A stretch of 64,000 nucleotides of DNA from Octopus sinensis (GCF_006345805.1 NC_043022.1:6324001-6388000), one strand, 5' to 3'. Shown: positions 12,030-23,777, numbered from the stretch's first letter. Made by a program: numbers and translations. Notes: a model not told the origin generated them from the sequence alone.

Positions 12030-12630
12030 AGGCGCATGGATCATTGGTTAGAAAGTCTGGCTTACAATTGTGAAGTTGTGGGTTTGATTCCCGGACCAGG
12101 CTTCGTGTTGTGTTCTTGAGCAAAACGCTTAACGTTTCTCCAGTTCATTCAGCTGTGGAAATGGGTCGCAACAACACTTGTTCCAAGCTGTATTGGCCTT
12201 TTCCTTTCCTTTGGATAAGATCGGTGGTGTGGAGAGGAGAGGCTGGTATGCATGGGTGACTGCTCATCTCTGTCAAGTAGTTTGTTCTGGCTCTTAATGT
12301 TCTGAGTTCAAATCCCGCTGAAGCTAACTTTACATTAGTCCTTTCGGGGGTGGTAATAAAATAAAGTACCAGTCAAGTACTGGGGTCAATGTAACCGACT
12401 CGACCCCCTTCCCTCAAAACTGTTGGTCTTGTATCAAAAACAAGAACCATTATTTGTAGAAAAGCTTTAGCAGAGATTCCTTGCTTTAACAAATATAATT
12501 TTGTCTGATCCTTGCGTCATGGTTCAACGAAATCTATAAACGACCTTGTCGGGACTTGTGCCTTGGAGAGGAACATTCTAGGTGCAATTCCATAGTCATT
12601 CGTGACCAGAGGGATTCTTAACCCTTTTAA
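12030..12630 (+). mobile_element. Second CORE-like SINE family copy, interrupted by a 274-bp copy of 5380-5650
   Basis: Head GGCGCATGGATCATTGGTTAG...GGTTTGATTCC; family also at 41575-41910 and 59205-59465 (minus); insert occupies 12261-12534. Confidence 0.8.
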
Positions 12631-12687
12631 CAACTTCGTTACAGAGAGTACAGTCTTACAGTGGTATCGAAATCAAAACCACAGGCT

Positions 12688-12720
12688 TATAAACCCAACT
12701 CGCTGCCTCCTCGCCCATTC
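12688..12720 (+). promoter_or_regulatory. Candidate Pol II core promoter of gene 1 (TATA box and initiator)
   Basis: TATAAA at 12688-12693 and Inr-like CCATTCC with A at 12717, 29 nt downstream and about 100 nt upstream of the ATG. An upstream untranslated exon elsewhere cannot be excluded. Confidence 0.45.
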
Positions 12721-12818
12721 CTCTCTGTACTTTAGACGTTCCTGAATGAATTACAAAATAATTCTTTTGTCCGTTCTGTTTTTGTTTTTTTCTTGCAGGC
12801 CTCCTCTCCTCCCACAAA

Positions 12819-12942
12819 ATGTTCGCCCAGAAACAATTAGTTGGATTGATGTTTATGTGTGTCTGTCTCTCATTGATTACTCATGCTTACCCATGCGGAA
12901 CGAATCCGCTCCAAGTCGTTCAAAAAATAGCCGATGCCAAAG
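12819..12942 (+). CDS. Gene 1, coding exon 1: signal peptide and start of a putative prohormone (MFAQKQLVGLMFMCVCLSLITHA-YPCGTNPLQVVQKIADAK)
   Basis: Acceptor TTTTTTTCTTGCAG at 12798; CAAAATG start context; hydrophobic h-region with a THA/YP cleavage motif; donor AAG/GTAAGC at 12942 (phase 1). Confidence 0.85.
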
Positions 12943-13067
12943 GTAAGCAGTACTTTTCTCATTTACGCATAAACATTGTCGATCTTTTTTTGTTTTTCAT
13001 TGATCTGCTTCTGAAGCTGTTAATTGTTAATAGTTCCGTTTTTAAAGAATACATTTACATATAATGA

Positions 13068-13581
13068 ACTAGCAGTATCGCCCGGCGTTGCTCGGGTTTG
13101 TAAGGGAAATAACTATATAAGCATTTTTAGAGAGTTACTTCCCTTATAGATGCCAATTCGGGCTTTCTTAGCCATTTCTGTTTTGGTGTCTTCAAGCCAT
13201 GAAGTCGTTGTTCTAAAAGAACGCTGGTCTCCTTGACAACGCTTTACAACGTTGATTTCCTTACACTCCCTTCTCCAAGCTTCACGAGGGAGGGAAGAAG
13301 GGGGAGAAGCAAACAGGTGCAGGTGTGACCATGGACGCCAACTCTGCCGCCATCGACACACGAAAAATTATGCATTAAAATGGAATAAAAAATGATGTTA
13401 AATTATTTTTTAAATCGTAGACTCATCGTAGACGCGCGCTAATACTCAGACGGGCTCGATATGAATCACGACTATAAGATACCCGAATTTGGTTAAACTG
13501 CACCGCAAAATGTGGGAGTAGTTAGGAATCTAAATCGAAGGGGACAGACACTCACACAACTACAGTTTTATATATATAGAT
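13068..13581 (+). mobile_element. Helentron-associated (HINE-like) element in intron 1 of gene 1
   Basis: Same 5' end as 6699; 3' end ACAGACACTCACAC...TTTTATATATATAGAT. Confidence 0.65.
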
Positions 13582-13599
13582 ATTATGTAAAGATGAGGC

Positions 13600-14200
13600 A
13601 GCAAGCTGGCAGAATCATTAGCACGCCGGGCGAAATGCTTAACGGCATTTTGTCCGTCTGAGTTCAAATTCCGCTGAGGTCGACTGTGTCTTTCATCCTT
13701 TCGGTAAAAATAAGTACCAGTTGAGTACTGGGGTTGATGTAATCGGATTACCCACTCTCGAAATGGTTGGCCTTGTGCCAAAATTTAAAACCAATATTAT
13801 GTAGAGGTCGGGCGTTGAGCTGGTAGAATCGTTTCTGCATTGGGGAAAATGGTTAGCGACATTTTGTCCGTCTTTACGTTCTGAGTTCAAATTCCGCTGA
13901 GGTCGACTGTGTCTTTCATCCTTTCGGTAAAAATAAGTACCAGTTGAGTACTGGGGTTGATGTAATCGGATTACCCACTCTCGAAATGGTTGGCCTTGTG
14001 CCAAAATTTAAAACCAATATTATGTAGAGGTCGGGCGTTGAGCTGGTAGAATCGTTTCTGCATTGGGGAAAATGGTTAGCGACATTTTGTCCGTCTTTAC
14101 ATTCTGAGTTCAAATTCCACCGAGGTCGAATTTGCCTTTCATCCTCTCGATGGACTTTCTCCCTCCTCCTCGTGCCAAAATTTGAAACGAATATCTAAAT
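13600..14200 (+). repeat. Tandem array of old type A SINEs with a 223-bp near-exact duplication
   Basis: Units in register at 13671, 13894 and 14117. Confidence 0.85.
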
Positions 14201-14451
14201 GTTTTTATACTATAAACTGATTCTTTCAATTGAATGAGATGTTTTGGGGAAAATAGCAGAAAGTGCCAAAATGTGGTAACTGTGCCAGGTAAGGATCAAT
14301 TCCATTCAGATAATTTGATTGCTTCGATTACGGAAGGGAAATAGAAGAATAGAAGGGAATATATTTTTTGTTGATATTCTTGGAATACAAACCCAGAACA
14401 TAATGTAGGCAACTGCACTGCATTGACCAACGCCTTTTTCCAGTAGACTAT

Positions 14452-14840
14452 GGGATGGAAGCACTCCGTCAGTTACGACGACGAGGGTTCCGGTTGATCC
14501 GAACCAACGGAACAGCCTGCTCGTGAAATTAACGTGTAAGTGGCTGAGCACTCCACAGACACGTGCACCCTTAACGTAGTTCTCGGGGATATTCAGCGTG
14601 ACACAGAGAGTGACAAGGCCAGCCCTTTGAAATACAGGTACAACAGAAACAGGAAGTAAGAGTGAGAGAAAGTTGTGGTGAAAGAGTACAGCAGGGATCA
14701 CCACCATCCCCTGCCGGAGCCTCGTGGAGCTTTAGGTGTTTTCGCTTAATAAACACTCACAACGCCCGGTCTGAGAATCGAAACCGCGATCCTATGACCG
14801 CGAGTCCGCTGCCCTAACCACTAGGCCATTGCGCCTCCAC
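14452..14840 (-). mobile_element. Full-length tRNA-derived SINE (third family) with 13-bp TSD
   Basis: A box TGGCCTAGTGG and B box GGTTTCGATTC on the minus strand; TSD TCCAGTAGACTAT at 14439-14451 and 14841-14853. Confidence 0.92.
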
Positions 14841-14959
14841 TCCAGTAGACTATATCCGTAAACAGAGAGAGTGAATCTTTGTGGCTTCTAAATCTAATGT
14901 TACCATCACTGCCTTGCGCCGTCTCTGTATAGAACTCTATAAATCTATTTTAAGATATT

Positions 14960-15190
14960 GCTTGATGAGGCTGGGGTCAACTGGGATCCTGCCAGGTTCG
15001 TGTTCCCAGAGACGTCCTCATGCGTAGATCCGACCAGGTAAACCAGTGCTCTCTATCGCTGACCGTCCCACACCAGTCTCTCTGCATCCTCCAAGGGGAC
15101 GTCGAGCCCCTGAAGATCTGCCCCAATCACGCCCAGCCATTTGGTGCGGGGTCCGCCACAAAACCTCTTCAAGCCCGCAGCCGCTGCATC
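14960..15190 (-). mobile_element. RTE-type LINE 3' fragment
   Basis: Minus frame reads GLKRFCGGPRTKWLGVIGADLQGLDVPLEDAERLVWDGQR*RALV, matching the RTE ORF C-terminal R..GRP...W.D....DL...A.DR..WR pattern. Confidence 0.65.
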
Positions 15191-15312
15191 GAATCAAAGT
15201 TAAAATATTTGGTCCTGTTTGTTCTGTTGAGTTCAATTGTAATTGGTGTGGATATACTTGTTCTAGCAGTTACATTATATACATACATGTGTACACTATA
15301 CACACTTACACG

Positions 15313-15344
<32 letters not shown>

Positions 15345-15899
15345 ACACACACACACCACACACACACACACTCACACATTCAAGGAAAATGGACAACAAA
15401 ACCAAGGCTGGACGAGTATCTCAGATCATTTAGAAGATTTAATAAGAATAAGGTGAATAAAAAAACGGAGAAGTAGAAGTAATTAATGTCTTACATCTGC
15501 TTCTAGGATATCCCAGGTGATGGGTCAACATCTCATGACCCGAGATACTCGTCCTGCCTTGGTTTTTGTTGCCCTTTCCTCTCTAATATATACCTGCTAA
15601 CTCGGAAGCCTACTACAGATCCCAAACTCCAACCTCAGCTGTGAACTTGGAACCTAACGGATGACCAATTATAGCACTTACACAGCGTACTATTCGTTTG
15701 GATCACCAGTGAGCCAAATCCCTCATATTCTACATACAAACTTTCAGGGCTTGTGCATTTACAATCCAAGAACAGGAGATTGCTACAAAATCTCCGGTAA
15801 ACAAAAGAGATCCAAGATGCAACTGAAAATGTAGATTTTGTCATATTTTGTGACAGACATCATACATGCGATTAGCGGTCGCCCCAAAATGCCGTCGAG

Positions 15900-16440
15900 G
15901 TACTACCTCCATTTGCGACGTGACGTTAAAACAATATACAATGTCATTCGGAAAAAAAGACTGTCCTGGAATAAACATAGAGAATCTCCCTGTTAGTGAA
16001 TACATTCAAAAATATGGACACCAGGAGTACTAGTGGAATACTCCTATCAAAACCCTCAAATGTTAACCTAATAGGCTGGATAGACAAGTAAAACTACGTA
16101 GTCTCATCCAGGCCAGCTGCCCCGTGAATATCTCTTTGAAAACCAAAGCGAAAGAAGATAATTATGGACAACTGCTTCGAAAGCTCCAGCTTCTGTATCC
16201 AGATTATAAGTCACATAGTAATAATAGTTGGTGATTTTGGTTTTGTGAGTAAATGCCCAAGCGATAATCTGGATAAGCTAGGAGTTTCAGAAACAGAAAT
16301 CAACTGATTCGCACATTACAAATGCAATCTGTAAGGGGAACAGTAATATTATGCAAGACTTTTCTCAAGTTTGAAATGTGAATTTGGTTTTGCTCTCTAC
16401 ATTCCAAAGATGGAGTTTTGTGCCTTTGTTAGAAAGCAGC
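15900..16440 (+). mobile_element. Decayed 3' end of a restriction-like-endonuclease (RLE) non-LTR retrotransposon
   Basis: Fragmented frames LQLLYPDYK / IIVGDFGFVSKC..DNLDKLG / LQMQSVRGTVILCKTFLKFEM-stop, typical of the RLE C-terminus of R2/R4/NeSL-like elements. Confidence 0.6.
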
Positions 16441-17486
16441 TCCTCCTTTTTTACAGGAAGATTTCAAATAATTAAAGGCAAATAGTCAGAGACTGAGTAT
16501 TTATAAAGCGTCTTCAAAACGGAATTGGATTATTTTTCCTTTGTAGTTCCGTCAAGTTATTTTAATATTTCTCGAAATATTTCTATGCTCAGAACCTTCA
16601 AATTCGCCTTCTTCCGTCGCCGTGCGTACCACAGGAATAGCACAGACATCCAATGGCTTACATTAGCCAGAAATGGGTACGGAATTGAATTTCGCTGTTT
16701 GAAACAAGTTCTTTGAATATAGAACGATTCTCAAACGAACTGGAACTCGCCCAGGCTAAAAAAAAATGGCATATTATATTCTAACGAGAAGGACAGATAT
16801 GAATTTTGTGAGAGGAGTTTGGGTCTTAAGAAGCACAGTTTAGGCTGTTACTCCGACCACCGCCGTTGTCACTGTTGTCGTCGGATATGCGCCTTCGGTC
16901 ATTTAAGTCTGACGAATCGCCTATACTGTTAAGCGCTTTACAGATGCGAAACCAATGGTCAGTATGACCAGCCTTAACATTTAACTTCCTAATGGATAAT
17001 CAAATGAGATAGACGAGTTAAAGAAAGCAGATACTGTTACACATTCATATCTATGTGTTTGCGTATGCCAAACTACATCCCCACTCTTGGCACTATTTGT
17101 TAGTGAACAGTACAACTGTGTGTAAAGTATATAATGTATCACTACGCTGAATGTCGTCGTCCGTGTAACATGTAAAGTCAATAAACACGTAATAATAACA
17201 ATGGTTTTCAATTGGTTGTCTATCCCATTACAACGCAAACTACACATAACAGATACGTATATATTTGACAGTTCAAAGCTCGTTATCTTACATACGCCAG
17301 GATCGTTAAAAGAAAGTCCCTATCAAATAGCGTGGCCAGTGGTATCGATTAACCCCACACTCTTCAAAGTGTTAGCCTTGTGCCTAAATCGAACATCATT
17401 TCTAAAGCAGCAGTTTGTTTCTAGTACCGAACAATTACAATATCATTCAGAAATACTGTTTTGTTGTGTGTGTTGTCTTCTTTTAG

Positions 17487-17682
17487 GTGTGACCTACAAA
17501 CAATTACTGTCCAACTTAGAATTCCGAAGACAAGTAAACTATCTGTATAAGAAATATGCCAGATGTGTTGGAATTGTTGAAACAGGTACTTACAAGCGTT
17601 CAATGGAGCCCCAGTTGTTGCAAAGCAGTGAGAGTTCGATGATGGATCCAAGTAATTACCAAGACCACGGAGACATATACCG
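17487..17682 (+). CDS. Gene 1, coding exon 2 (GVTYKQLLSNLEFRRQVNYLYKKYARCVGIVETGTYKRSMEPQ...DHGDIY)
   Basis: Acceptor GTCTTCTTTTAG at 17486; donor CG/GTAGGT at 17682; 196 nt, phase 1 to phase 2, open and matching both neighbouring exons. Confidence 0.85.
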
Positions 17683-17789
17683 GTAGGTGTCACTTGAACA
17701 CCATCAGGGGGGTGGGGTGCAAAGGTAAATGAAACCAGCCAAAATCAAATATTGTTGTTGTTTGTTCCTTCTCGAGCCATACCTGGCTC

Positions 17790-18022
17790 GTTTCATTGGC
17801 GTATAGGTTCCCCACCTGGACGGGACGCCCGTCTGTCGTAGGTGAGCTGCAAGATGCAAGAAGAAAGAGTGAAAGTTGTGGCAAAGGAGTCAGCAGAAGT
17901 TCGCCATTACCTTCTGCCGGAGCCGCGTGGAGCTTAGGTGTTTCGCTCATAAACACAAACATCGCCCGGTCTGAGATTCGAACCCGCAAGTCCGCCACTC
18001 TACCCACTAGGCCATGTACCTC
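17790..18022 (-). mobile_element. SINE sharing the head of the 14452 family but with a different 3' half
   Basis: Shared GGAGG...TGGCCTAGTGG head and GCTCCACG.GGCTCCGGCAG segment; divergent tail. Confidence 0.7.
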
Positions 18023-18270
18023 CAAATATCGTTATACGGTCAATAAATCCCCAAATGCAGCTGTTGCCATTTCCACTTGTCGTCCTTATATGTATGAGGT
18101 CTCCACAAGTCAATACTGAATCAGTCTAGCTTTAAAGATTTCCGATTTGTCCCTACTTTAGGGAAAGTACTCAAATGTTTATCGAGGAACTCAACGCTGT
18201 AAAAGTTGTGTTAATTGAACGTTAAACAATGGAAACGAACGACCTAAGAATAAGTGTCTGGTTTCTTTGA

Positions 18271-18502
18271 AAGGCGGCGAGCTGGCAGAAACGTTAGCCC
18301 GCCGGGCGAAATGCTTAGCGGTATTTCGTCTGCATTACGTTGTGAGTTCAAATTCCGCCGAGGTCGACTTTGCCTTTCATCCTTTCGGGGTCGATAAATT
18401 AAGTACCAGTTACGCACTGGGGTCGATATAATCGACTTAATCCGTCTGTCTGTCCTTGTTTGTCTCCTCTGTGTTTAGCCCCTTGTGGGTAATAAAGAAA
18501 TA
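18271..18502 (+). mobile_element. Type B SINE with 10-bp TSD in intron 2 of gene 1
   Basis: TSD GGTTTCTTTG at 18260-18269 and 18503-18512. Confidence 0.9.
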
Positions 18503-19081
18503 GGTTTCTTTGCACGGCAAGATGTCTGCAAGATACAAAATGAACCATTCAAATATCGATGGAAGAAAATGTATTCTGCAACTGATTTAGTCTATTTATT
18601 CATAGTTGAAATCCTAATCTTTCTCTCAATTTGGAAGGCAGCTTATTACAGGGAAGGATGGCTTCCACTAAATGTTCCACAACCCAATTCTACGTTTTTC
18701 ACTTATGTAATTAAAGTGGGAAAAGAAATGAAAGCCACCTAAAAAAACCGAACCACTTCCTCCCAGTCCTCTGATCAAACTGTCAGGTTAATTAATGTTA
18801 ATGAATTCTTTAACCAACAAAAATTATTTGCAGCGTGGAAGGTGTTTGTAAGCCATTTAAGAAACACACAAAAATTATTTGTTGTCATTAAATCTAAACA
18901 AAATGGCGATTAGCTTTTTACTTATAGCCGTATGCCAAATTCGATCAGAGGATATGTAGCCCTTTACATCTTTTTTCCTATTCTAGAAAACAGAAATAAG
19001 ATAAAGACAAACAGTTGTTGGTTACATATCAGAAAACAATTTTTCCAAGACGTTTACATTTATTTCCATCTTTTTTTGCAG

Positions 19082-19169
19082 ACGATCTGACAGTTTTTAC
19101 AAGAGAGCTTCATTACTGAAACGTCAAGACACAAACAATCCGGGACAACCTTTCTACTTCTACAAATGA
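19082..19169 (+). CDS. Gene 1, last coding exon (R-RSDSFYKRASLLKRQDTNNPGQPFYFYK-stop)
   Basis: Strong acceptor CATCTTTTTTTGCAG at 19081; the phase-2 frame gives RR/KR/KR sites and TGA at 19167-19169; total CDS 408 nt = 135 aa. Confidence 0.85.
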
Positions 19170-19355
19170 ACTAGGTCGTACTTCTGCCTTAAATCTAACT
19201 AGTTTCCAAGGTAACAAGCCGGATGATGATGTCACTTCCGGAGGAAGTTCATTAATCATCCTCCTGTCCAACAACCATTCCTCGTTTAACAAGAAACTTT
19301 AAAATCGATTTACAAAACATCTGTAGGACTTCTTTTGTCAGAAATTTCACGGAAA

Positions 19356-19428
19356 AATAAAAACCAAGTTGGAAAGTTATTGTCTTTATTTCTATTCTAT
19401 TGTTTCTTGTATTTATTAAAACAATAAA
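19356..19428 (+). terminator. Candidate polyadenylation signals of gene 1
   Basis: AATAAA at 19356-19361 and 19423-19428, followed by T/GT-rich sequence. Confidence 0.55.
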
Positions 19429-20659
19429 TATGTATTTTTCTGGATTTCTTTCGTCTTCTCCATAAACATTATTGCTGTTTTGTTGTTGTTGTTGTTGTTG
19501 TTGCTATTGTTGTTTAACCTCCGGTCAACGTAGAGCAAATGGGCTTATGTGTACGGAAACATTTCAACCGTGACAATTCCGACTTTGTACATGTGTTTCA
19601 ACGATTATCTTTTTAAGGCAATCCTTCGGTATTAGCAGACCGCGTCGTTCGTCATTTTTCAGCCTAACCTCTATGTCATGAGAGAATATCGCGAGTTTAT
19701 GTTTTCCAGTTTCAGCTCTTGAGCTGTGGCCATGCTGGGGCACCGCCATTGATACTATTTCATATGTAATTTCCTTATCTAAGGCTGTAGACAATGATTT
19801 GGTTATGCTTTCAAGCAGTGAAACCGGCTCAAAGTTGCCGGAGATGTATTTAACCAAAGTCATTATGAAAGACTATAAAAGGAGAAATGGAATGGAATGA
19901 AAACGCTGTCTTCTTAAAGGTCCTGCTTCCACAGTTCCAAATAGTTACACTATCTTCTATCCCACCCGCTCCCCTCCACCATCCTCATGGTAGAACTGGG
20001 GTCTATATTTAGCCAATCATATTGAATCAAGGATGTCACATAACTTATTCTCTACATAGTGAGGAACTTCAGTGTATATCATAAAATGGGTTTTGAGGAA
20101 GGCCGAGATTTCGTGAAAGAAAATTCTGCGGCTCCGCAACATAAAAGGTCCTTTAAATAAAAATTAAAATGTATTGTTATATTTGGTGGGGACGGTCATT
20201 TTGCCAATAAACACACACACTATTTATTTGATCTTCAGTTTAGCTTTATTATTATTAGTTTATTGAAGGTGTCGACCTGGCAGAATCGTTAGCACGCTGG
20301 GCGAAATTCTTAGCGACATTTCGTCCGTCCTTACATTCTGAGTTCAAATTCCGCCGAGGTCAACTTTGCCTTTCGTCTTTTCGGGATCGATAAAACAAGT
20401 ACCAGTTGAACACTGGGATCGATGTATTCCACTTAACCCCCCCAAAAAAAGTTTCAGGCTTTGTGCCTTTAGAAGAAAGGGTTATTATTATTAGTAGTGG
20501 TGATTGTTTATTTGTCAGCTTTCTTTCGTCACACATTCTGAGACCTCTTCAATGATTTCCCCTTCTTCTCTGTGTCCCTTCTCTTTGTCTGGGCCATCTT
20601 CTCTATGTGGTATCCCCATCCATATAACAATGTATCTTACTTTTTTAAAAGATATATAC

Positions 20660-20694
<35 letters not shown>

Positions 20695-20876
20695 AAAAAG
20701 GAGATGTGGAACACGAGTTGTGATATATAAAAAAAGGAAATGAAGAAAATGCTGACAAAATAATTTAAGTAAGGGAGAGTGTATTTAATTAGGTGAAAGT
20801 TCTTTTTACCGGTTGCGCATTTGTTATGCTTATCAAAAGATATTTTTTTAAGAGAGATAGAGTTCCTTTCTGATAG

Positions 20877-20940
<64 letters not shown>

Positions 20941-21121
20941 TGCGCATGCGCGCTGGTCGAAATGCTTCGCAGTTTTTCGTCCGTTCTAAGTTCAAATTCC
21001 GCCGAGGTCCACTTTGCTTTCCATCCTTTCAGGGACAATAAAAAAATAACCAGTTGAGCATTGGGGTTGATGTGATCGACTATTCCCCTCCCTAAAAATT
21101 TCAGGCCTTGTGCCTTTAATA

Positions 21122-21145
21122 GATATTATTATTATTATTATTGTT

Positions 21146-21193
<48 letters not shown>

Positions 21194-21196
21194 GTT

Positions 21197-21244
<48 letters not shown>

Positions 21245-21247
21245 GTT

Positions 21248-21312
<65 letters not shown>

Positions 21313-21715
21313 GGCGGAAAGCTGGCAGAAACGTTAGCACGCCGGGTGAAATGCGTAGCCGTATTTCGTCTGCTGTTACGTTCTGAGTTCAAATTCCACC
21401 GAGGTCGACTTTGCCTTTCATCCTTTCGGGGTCGATAAATTAAGTACCAATTACGCACTGGGGTCGATATAATCGATTTAATCCGTTTGTCTGTCATTGT
21501 TTGTCCCCTCTGTGTTTAGTCCCTTGTGGGTAGTAAAAAAAATAGGTATTTCGTCTGTCTTAATCTTCTGAGTTCAAATTCCGCCGAGGTCGACTTTACT
21601 TTTTATCCCTTCGGGATCGATAATTTAAGTACCAGTCACGCACTGGGGTCGATGTAAACGAATTACCTCCTCCCCACGAAATTGCTGGCCTCGTGTCAAA
21701 AAATTTGAAAGCGAT
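21122..21715 (+). mobile_element. (TTA/TCA)n array followed by a type B/type A SINE dimer
   Basis: One head, a B tail, junction AAATAGGTATTTCG, then a more diverged A body and tail. Confidence 0.85.
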
Positions 21716-22139
21716 ATTTAAAACAAATTTTGAGTGAAGTAAGGGGAGACTACTATTGTTAAGCGACAGGGGAGACTACTTGATTAAGAAGTTGGTGCGA
21801 AAGGTTATTAGTAAAAAGGAGAAGAGGTCGTAGGTTTTATTTAAACACTAAAGAAGTGTTTCTTGGCGCCGGGTTTGCTCTGATTGAACAGACCTATAAA
21901 CAAGGACGTTACAGCCGTGACACTCTTGTTTTTCTTGTCAGTATGTCCAATGTGTCCTTAATTTGAAAGAGATTTGGGTTATTTTTAACTACGTAGAAGG
22001 ACTACGTTGAAAGCCCCGCCACGGGTTCGATGAAAGAACTTTGTTATTAGCTGTGATGACTTAAGGGAGTTGGCGAGGTTGGAGGGGCGCTGGGGGGGAC
22101 TAATGATGTTGCAGGGAGTGAGGAGACGATATCCCATGA

Positions 22140-22425
22140 CAGCTCCCATGACTTCAGGAAACATTTTTTCACGCTGAGAGTTGCTGAAGCATGGAACAAA
22201 CTGCCGGCATCGGAGCACTGCATCCTTCAAAACTTCCATGCTTCCTGAAATTCGCCAACACTACACCTGATTTTCTCCCCTCCATACACACGCAAACATG
22301 TATCTGACTCATACATTGTTCGCTTTCCAGACATTTCTACATTACTGCATGTACTTTATATGCACTTTCTGACAAGTTGTGGTGCACCTGAGCACTGTAT
22401 ACAATAATTTCATTATTATTATTTA
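22140..22425 (+). mobile_element. CR1/L2-type LINE 3' end
   Basis: RKHFFTLRVAEAWNKLP motif followed by a 3' UTR and (ATT)n tail; inverted copy at 44270-44590. Confidence 0.75.
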
Positions 22426-22739
22426 TCCCGAATGGGCTGGGAACTGTGGCTTATGACGATACTCGGACAATTAAGGGTGGAATTTGAAGAACCTAGAATC
22501 TGGTCGGTAATGCTCCATTGTCAGTGTGTAGCGGTATGTATGTATATGTATGTATGAACGTATATATGAATGCATACACACGCTCGTGCACAAGTACACA
22601 CGCACATACTCGGCGGAATTTTGATAGCTAATGATATATGTTGCAATCCTTCGGTATTGGTATCTCTCCTCGTGACATGGATAAAGACACTCTGGAGACC
22701 AATACCGAAGAAATTCCCAATAAGGGTTTCTAGGTAAAG

Positions 22740-23430
22740 AAAATGAAGAATTTAGTAAGATGTGCTCCTGGATTCCGAGACCTTTCTGGTCTAGATGCTC
22801 ACACCATCATCCTTCTCTACTCCACTTTTGCCCGACCCCACCTTGAATACTGTTGCCCCTTATGATCTTCCCACACGAAGCAAAGCATTATAAAAGTGGA
22901 AGTACTCCAGAAGTCAATAACAAGAAAGATAGACGGCATTAACAAAAGAAAAACTGAATCTCTACTCTCTCCAACGTCGCCATGAGCGCTACATCATTTG
23001 TCTGATATGGAAAATATTCCATCAATATTGCACAAATGATGCTGGTATCAATTTTAAAATCCACCCAAGACTTGGCCTCCCGTGCTATCCGCCCACGACA
23101 AAAATCGAACTGAAGACACATATCCTTATGACTTAATTACTTAACCTCAACCGGTCCAGCTCTCTTTAATATCATACTGAAATACATTAAAACGGAAACA
23201 GATCCCATAAATTTCACAAGTTCTCTGGACAAATTCCTCCAAAAAATTCCGGACCAACCTCCTACATTCGGATGTGTCTCCAAAAATAAAGACTCTTTGC
23301 TCGAGTGGGCCATGATGTCCCGTACATGACTGAGGTGTGAATCACGATCTAAAAGACTCCACCAGGTGGTGCTTCTAAGTCAGACATGGCCTGGGCCTTT
23401 GCTGGCCGAAACCTAAAAGATCGAAGTTAT
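22740..23430 (+). mobile_element. CR1-type LINE reverse-transcriptase C-terminal fragment (decayed)
   Basis: LLYSTFARPHLEYC, EVLQKSITRKI and YSLQRRHERYIIC motifs. Confidence 0.7.
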
Positions 23431-23777
23431 ATATAAAAAAAAATAATACTTTGGCAATTCTTCGGTATTGGTAGACGACATCATTCCCCCACACAACCTT
23501 CTTCTCTCATGACATAGACAAAGAGGCCAGGCAGAAATAAAGGGTCAATTACATGATCTCTGAATGCTGAAACTCTGGAAACCAATACCGAAGGATCGTC
23601 ATAGATGTTATTACAAAATATTTCATTGAAAATAAATGAAACAGAATATGTATTTTAAGGTGTGTTGATATTCTATCACGATACGTAAATGTGTGTGTGT
23701 GTGTGTGGAGGGGGGCGTATAGTTGTTACAAATGTCTATCGACACTGAGACGAAAGAATAAAAGATAAAAGCTAACC

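Noticed and set aside
12746-12946. 66-aa ORF MNYKIILLSVLFLFFSC... that looks like a signal peptide
   Set aside because: Its hydrophobic stretch is the translation of the polypyrimidine tract before acceptor 12798. It stops at the donor and does not give an open frame through exons 2-3, whereas the 12819 frame does.
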